Shown in pieces: positions 59,925 to 64,000 of a stretch of DNA of 64,000 bases (within the stretch, counting starts at the first letter, position 1; each line of letters begins with the position of its first letter). Both the position numbers and the translations under genes were made by a program. Where the stretch lies: contig CALMZQ010000209.1 in the NCBI GenBank assembly GCA_937870915.1, forward strand, positions 30,709 through 94,708, given 5' to 3'. The DNA comes from an uncultured Ignavibacteria bacterium. GTDB taxonomy: Bacteria > Bacteroidota > Ignavibacteria > Kapaibacteriales > Kapaibacteriaceae. The notes beneath the pieces are model-generated. The model ran no database searches and was not told where the DNA came from. It saw only the letters and a program-made list of their open reading frames with translations.

Positions 59925-60848
59925 GTTCTGCATTAGCAACGTTTGCCAGGCCTCTTCAACCTTACCTTGCGCTATGAACACCTGTGCAATACGATGAAGT
60001 TCTGTGACGTTCGATCGGTTGCCAGTTTGTAGCCAGGCGTAGAGAGCGTTTTTCGGGCGAAACATTGCGAGCTCGATCTCGAGCGAATCTGCCATCACAG
60101 CCTCTTCGAAATGCATGAAGGCTGGATCTACTGCCGGTAGTGTATGTATGTAGGCAAGACGCGCAAGATCGTTCCCGGTAAGCACTGAACTCGTACGGAT
60201 ATGTTCAGGGAGACCATCCATACCGATTGGTATGTGAGGGGGCTGATTAGCCTCAAAGATGTCTTGTGTTCTGGTATAGTAGGCTCCGCCCATACGTCCA
60301 ACCAGATCAAGCGCGCGAGGATCCACTCTTTCGTTGCGCATCACGCTCTCCGCAACATGAAAGGCAACCACCTCCAACAGCATCAGATTTCCATTTCCGC
60401 CGATATCTCTCCGGAGTTCGATGTTCTCCATGAGGATACACTCCATACTGTACGGAGATTCCGCTACGCTGGGAGGGGACACCTTCACAGATTCTCTTTT
60501 TGTAAAACCAGCTTTGAGGTATTCATCTACCTCATTGGGGTAGTCTGCGGCTGTGAGGTTCATGGCGTGGACCATCGAATGCGATACAGCGCTGATTGTG
60601 CACTCCCGGGTGGCCAGAATGTTCAACCACGTATGTTTTGCCCTTCCGGTTTTTGCTGCAATGGCAGGCCCAATTGCTACGATCGGCGGGTTCGATGCAT
60701 ACGCATTAAAGAACGAGAAGGGGCTCAGGTTCACGTTCCCTTCGGCATCAACAGAGGTTACAAAGGCAATGGGGCGAGGGGAGACGCCACTCAGGAGCAG
60801 CTGATGTCTATCTCGATGGGACAGGTCGCTAGGAAGGATGGTTCGCAT
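59916..60848 (-). CDS. flavin reductase-like FMN-binding domain protein with C-terminal extension
   Basis: 310 aa. ..SPRPIAFVTSVDAEGNVNLSPFSFFN.. is typical of the flavin reductase-like domain. About 100 extra C-terminal residues. Confidence 0.78.
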   Translation of the reverse strand: MRTILPSDLSHRDRHQLLLSGVSPRPIAFVTSVDAEGNVNLSPFSFFNAYASNPPIVAIGPAIAAKTGRAKHTWLNILATRECTISAVSHSMVHAMNLTAADYPNEVDEYLKAGFTKRESVKVSPPSVAESPYSMECILMENIELRRDIGGNGNLMLLEVVAFHVAESVMRNERVDPRALDLVGRMGGAYYTRTQDIFEANQPPHIPIGMDGLPEHIRTSSVLTGNDLARLAYIHTLPAVDPAFMHFEEAVMADSLEIELAMFRPKNALYAWLQTGNRSNVTELHRIAQVFIAQGKVEEAWQTLLMQNSE

Positions 60849-60885
60849 CCCGCAAGTTCGGTCTTTCCGATCATCACCGCAAATG

Positions 60886-60917
60886 TTGGCTGTGGCTGGG
60901 GGTTACGTGTATATTTG
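60886..60917 (+). promoter_or_regulatory. candidate promoter: TTG (-33), 21 nt spacer, TATATTTG (-7), upstream of the ABC importer
   Basis: TTG at 60886-60888 and TAnnTTTG at 60910-60917. AAGGAG Shine-Dalgarno-like motif 5 nt before the ATG at 60959. Confidence 0.45.
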
Positions 60918-60958
60918 CCTCTCGCTAACACGTAGCAACAATCGTTGTAAGGAGTTTC

Positions 60959-62929
60959 ATGTTTCAGAGCATTCGGACCAGTTGGGCCGCAAGCAGCATC
61001 ATAGCGATGTCCATCATCGCACTCGTGTTCACAACCGGCTGCGGACGTAGGGCTCAGCAGAGCACTACCGCAGATATCAAGAATGTTTGGAAGAAGTATG
61101 ATACTCCAGCTGGGGCAGATCCCAGTATTGCCGACACCCTAGGTGGTGCCGGATTTGAAAAGGTTTCCGAAGCACTCGGATTCGAGACCTATGTGGTAAA
61201 ACCTGAAGACGAAAAGTACTTCGGTGATTCAAGAGCCACCAAGGGAGGGGAGATTACCATTGGAGAAATGACCTTTCCAAGCACATTCCGTCCAGAAGGT
61301 CAGAACTCTTCATTGACTGTGAATACAGAGATCAAGGGTTACATCTACGAGACCCTGCTCGGACAACATCCGATCACCCGCGAGTACATGCCAAGCTTGG
61401 CTTCTCACTGGAAGATCAGCCCCGACAAGAAAACGTTTACCTTCCGCATCGATCCCAACGCTCGTTGGTCCGATGGCAAGCCCGTGGTTGCCCAGGATGT
61501 AGTCTCTACCTGGAAGATCATGGTTGATCCGGGTATCCTTGAGCCATCAGCAAACCTTGTTTATGGCAAGTTTGAACAGCCAGTGGCTTTGAGTAAATAT
61601 CTCGTGCAAGTTCAATGCAAGTCTGTGAACTTCCGAAATCTGCTTTACTTCGGTAACTCCATGATCATCTATCCAGATCACGAGATCGGCAGTATCACAG
61701 GCAAGGAGTTCCTCGACAAGTATAACTTCAATATGCCTGCCGGAACAGGTCCGTATTACCTTAACGAAAAAGAAATCAAGGCAGGCAATGGATGGCGTCT
61801 TACTCGTAGGCCTGACTATTGGGCTAAAGACTATTCAACATCCAAGTACACAGCGAATTTTGACTACGTGAACTACCTCGTAGTGAAAGACAACGCCAAT
61901 CTTCTCTATGAGAAGTTCAAAGGCGGAGAGATTGATCTCTTCCGTTTCAGTATGGCTACAACCGAGAAGTGGATCAAGGACACGGACTACGAAGCCATCA
62001 AGAATGGCTGGGTGCGCAGATATCGCTTCTACAATAACGGACCAATGGGCACCCAAGGTCTTACGTTTAACATGCGAAAAGCCCCCTTCGACGACATTCG
62101 CGTTCGTAAAGCCTTTATGATGGTCTATCCGCGTGAAACGATTGTGGAGAAGCTGCTCTACAATGAATATGAGACGTATGACACGGACTATCCAAACACG
62201 CCATATGCCAGCAAGACCAATCCGAAGATGGTCTATGATCCGGCGGTCGCTGCCAAACTTCTTGCAGAGGCAGGTTGGACGTCTCGCAACAGTAATGGAA
62301 TCTTGGTGAAGAATGGAAAACCATTTGTCATCGAAATGGCGATATCCAAACTCGAAGAACGCTGGCTTACACCGTATCAACAAGAGTTAAAGAACATTGG
62401 TGTTGACCTCCGGTTGAAGCTCATGGACTGGAACTCGATCATCAAGAATATTGATGAGCGCAATTTCCAGCTCTTCGCCTACGGCTATTCGGGACTTGTT
62501 ACTCCAAATCCTGAGACATCGCTTCAAGGATCACTTGCCGATAAGAACGATAACAATAACGTTCAAGGCTTTAAGAACGCCCGTGTTGATGAACTACTTC
62601 CGATCTATGACACAACATTCAGTGTTTCTGAACAGATCAAGATCATCAACGAGATCGACAAGATCACGTACGACTACTACATGAAGAGCCATTGGTGGAA
62701 TCCAAAAGGCATACGTCTTGCAGTATGGGATAAGTTCGGCATGCCCGAATACGGAATCAGCCGATACACACAACTCAGTTTTGTGTATGGTACAGCCGGA
62801 CTCCTTTGGTGGTATGACGCTGAAAAGGCCAATGCCATTGCCGAAGCAAAGAAGAGCAAGAAGGATCTTGGCGGAGATAAAAACATCATCGAATTCACGT
62901 TCTGGCGTGACTTCAACGAGTCGAAATAA
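60959..62929 (+). CDS. ABC transporter substrate-binding protein, family 5 (YejA/peptide-type)
   Basis: 656 aa. Lipoprotein-like signal (..VFTTGC) and the size and sequence pattern of SBP_bac_5 proteins. Followed by a DppB/YejB-like permease. Confidence 0.82.
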   Translation: MFQSIRTSWAASSIIAMSIIALVFTTGCGRRAQQSTTADIKNVWKKYDTPAGADPSIADTLGGAGFEKVSEALGFETYVVKPEDEKYFGDSRATKGGEITIGEMTFPSTFRPEGQNSSLTVNTEIKGYIYETLLGQHPITREYMPSLASHWKISPDKKTFTFRIDPNARWSDGKPVVAQDVVSTWKIMVDPGILEPSANLVYGKFEQPVALSKYLVQVQCKSVNFRNLLYFGNSMIIYPDHEIGSITGKEFLDKYNFNMPAGTGPYYLNEKEIKAGNGWRLTRRPDYWAKDYSTSKYTANFDYVNYLVVKDNANLLYEKFKGGEIDLFRFSMATTEKWIKDTDYEAIKNGWVRRYRFYNNGPMGTQGLTFNMRKAPFDDIRVRKAFMMVYPRETIVEKLLYNEYETYDTDYPNTPYASKTNPKMVYDPAVAAKLLAEAGWTSRNSNGILVKNGKPFVIEMAISKLEERWLTPYQQELKNIGVDLRLKLMDWNSIIKNIDERNFQLFAYGYSGLVTPNPETSLQGSLADKNDNNNVQGFKNARVDELLPIYDTTFSVSEQIKIINEIDKITYDYYMKSHWWNPKGIRLAVWDKFGMPEYGISRYTQLSFVYGTAGLLWWYDAEKANAIAEAKKSKKDLGGDKNIIEFTFWRDFNESK

Positions 62930-62938
62930 GAACGCCCA

Positions 62939-64000
62939 ATGCTGCAATACATCATTCGACGATTTCTGCTAGCAATACCGACGTTCTTTGGGGCGACGGT
63001 TATCGTTTTCTTCATCGTGCAGTTCGCTCCAGGCGGACCGTATGAAGAGCAGCTCAATGCCCTTCGTAAGGGGCAAGGAGCTGAAGGTGGTGGATCAGCC
63101 CTTGGGGCGGAGAATATGTCCATCCCCCCAAGCCAGCTCGAAGCACTGCAACGGTATCATCAGGTAAACGAACCTATTTGGAAACGTTACCTCATATGGC
63201 TTGGACTAGTGCCAAGGCCTGTAAACGACTACTTGGCGGTCATCGACTCGCCACAGAATGTGGGAAACAACTTCCGCGTGATCGTTAAAAAGGACGCCTC
63301 AGGACAGTTAGCTGTCTATCAGGCAAGTAATGGAGCCCCGTTATCGGATTGGTATGTTGACCCATCACAAAAGCCAAATAGTGTATGGGTGTATCAACGT
63401 GAGATCTCGGGTATTTTCACACTTGACTTTGGTCGCTCAGAACGATATCGCAAACCTGTTTTCGAACTCATCTCTGAGCGACTGCCGGTCTCGATGCAGT
63501 TCGGCCTTATCAGTTTTGTGATCACCTACGTTGTCTGTTTCTACCTTGGAACACAGAAAGCGCTTCGTCATGGAAGCAAATTCGACGTGATCTCCTCAAG
63601 CATGGTCTTTATTGCTTTCTCCGTGCCTGGCTGGGCTCTTGGCGCTGTTCTCCTCGTACTGCTAGGCGGGGGCTCAGCGCTGGCCTGGTTCCCAACGGGC
63701 GGGTTCCAATCGAATGACTATGAGTCGATCACCATGATGGAGAAGATCGCGGATCGTGCATTGTTTTTTGTGTTGCCAACCATTGCCTATACGCTTGGTG
63801 GGTTTGCATCGATCACCTTGCTCATGAAGAACTCCTTGCTCGACACGCTGGGACAAGATTTTGTTCGTACGGCCTATGCAAAGGGGCTCCGAGAAAACCG
63901 CGTGATCTGGATGCATGCAATGCGTAACTCCGTCATTCCTCTTGTAGCCTCGATCGGAGGTATCATTGGCATCTTCTTGGGTGGGAGTTATCTCGTGGAG
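62939..64000 (+). CDS. ABC peptide-type permease (DppB/OppB family, YejB-like), 3'-truncated by window end
   Basis: Not in the ORF track because it has no stop in the window. Hand translation from the ATG at 62939 is open to base 64000: MLQYIIRRFLLAIPTFFGATVIVFFIVQFAPGGP...TAYAKGLRENRVIWMHAMRNSVIPLVASIGG.. . These are typical binding-protein-dependent permease motifs. Confidence 0.85.
   Translation, partial: MLQYIIRRFLLAIPTFFGATVIVFFIVQFAPGGPYEEQLNALRKGQGAEGGGSALGAENMSIPPSQLEALQRYHQVNEPIWKRYLIWLGLVPRPVNDYLAVIDSPQNVGNNFRVIVKKDASGQLAVYQASNGAPLSDWYVDPSQKPNSVWVYQREISGIFTLDFGRSERYRKPVFELISERLPVSMQFGLISFVITYVVCFYLGTQKALRHGSKFDVISSSMVFIAFSVPGWALGAVLLVLLGGGSALAWFPTGGFQSNDYESITMMEKIADRALFFVLPTIAYTLGGFASITLLMKNSLLDTLGQDFVRTAYAKGLRENRVIWMHAMRNSVIPLVASIGGIIGIFLGGSYLVE

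Noticed and set aside
60201-60935. 244-aa plus-strand ORF
   Set aside because: It is antisense to the flavin-reductase-like gene, which carries the recognisable FMN-binding domain motif.

Overview
Gene-dense (about 95% coding) chromosomal segment, mostly housekeeping. T9SS-type C-terminal sorting domains, a bshA-like gene, an ExbB-ExbD-ExbD-TonB-PstS-like-TPR operon and repeated TAnnTTTG boxes upstream of genes suggest the FCB superphylum (Bacteroidota/Ignavibacteriota/Chlorobiota-like); this is inference. Recognisable content includes gyrA, an acyl-CoA ligase/nitroreductase/type III PKS/ICMT-methyltransferase cluster, tRNA(CAT), a bifunctional nuclease with etfBA, and a PrtDEF-like ABC/MFP/TolC export operon. 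It also holds uvrA, ftsK, kdsA-lptC-tpiA-pgsA-pgpA, HU, pyrB-carB-prmC, and the full yceD-rpmF-plsX-fabHDG-acpP-fabF-rnc block. The remainder is a large peptidase-like/TolB-like/beta-barrel outer-membrane protein, yigZ, bshA, an MBL hydrolase, a membrane cNMP-domain protein, an M20 peptidase/EamA/5-FTHF cyclo-ligase operon, a biotinyl-domain protein, a flavin reductase and the start of a YejAB-like peptide ABC importer. I see no rRNA, CRISPR array, transposase, integrase, phage genes or recognisable defence system, and I cannot point to a clear new multi-gene system. The most unusual signal is non-coding. Short tandem arrays of period 7, 8, 9 and 12-13 nt begin at or inside stop codons. They share units between distant loci and recur in-frame as 9-mers inside the ftsK linker. 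They co-occur with a roughly 27-32 nt 'CGTCATCCCGAG...GAGGGAyC' hairpin repeat family at three loci, once as a near-perfect inverted pair bracketing a T9SS-cargo gene. Secondary candidates are the nitroreductase-containing type III PKS cluster, the Ton operon with a PstS-like lipoprotein, and the tripartite outer-membrane protein. All functional calls rest on motifs read from the translations; no database search was possible.
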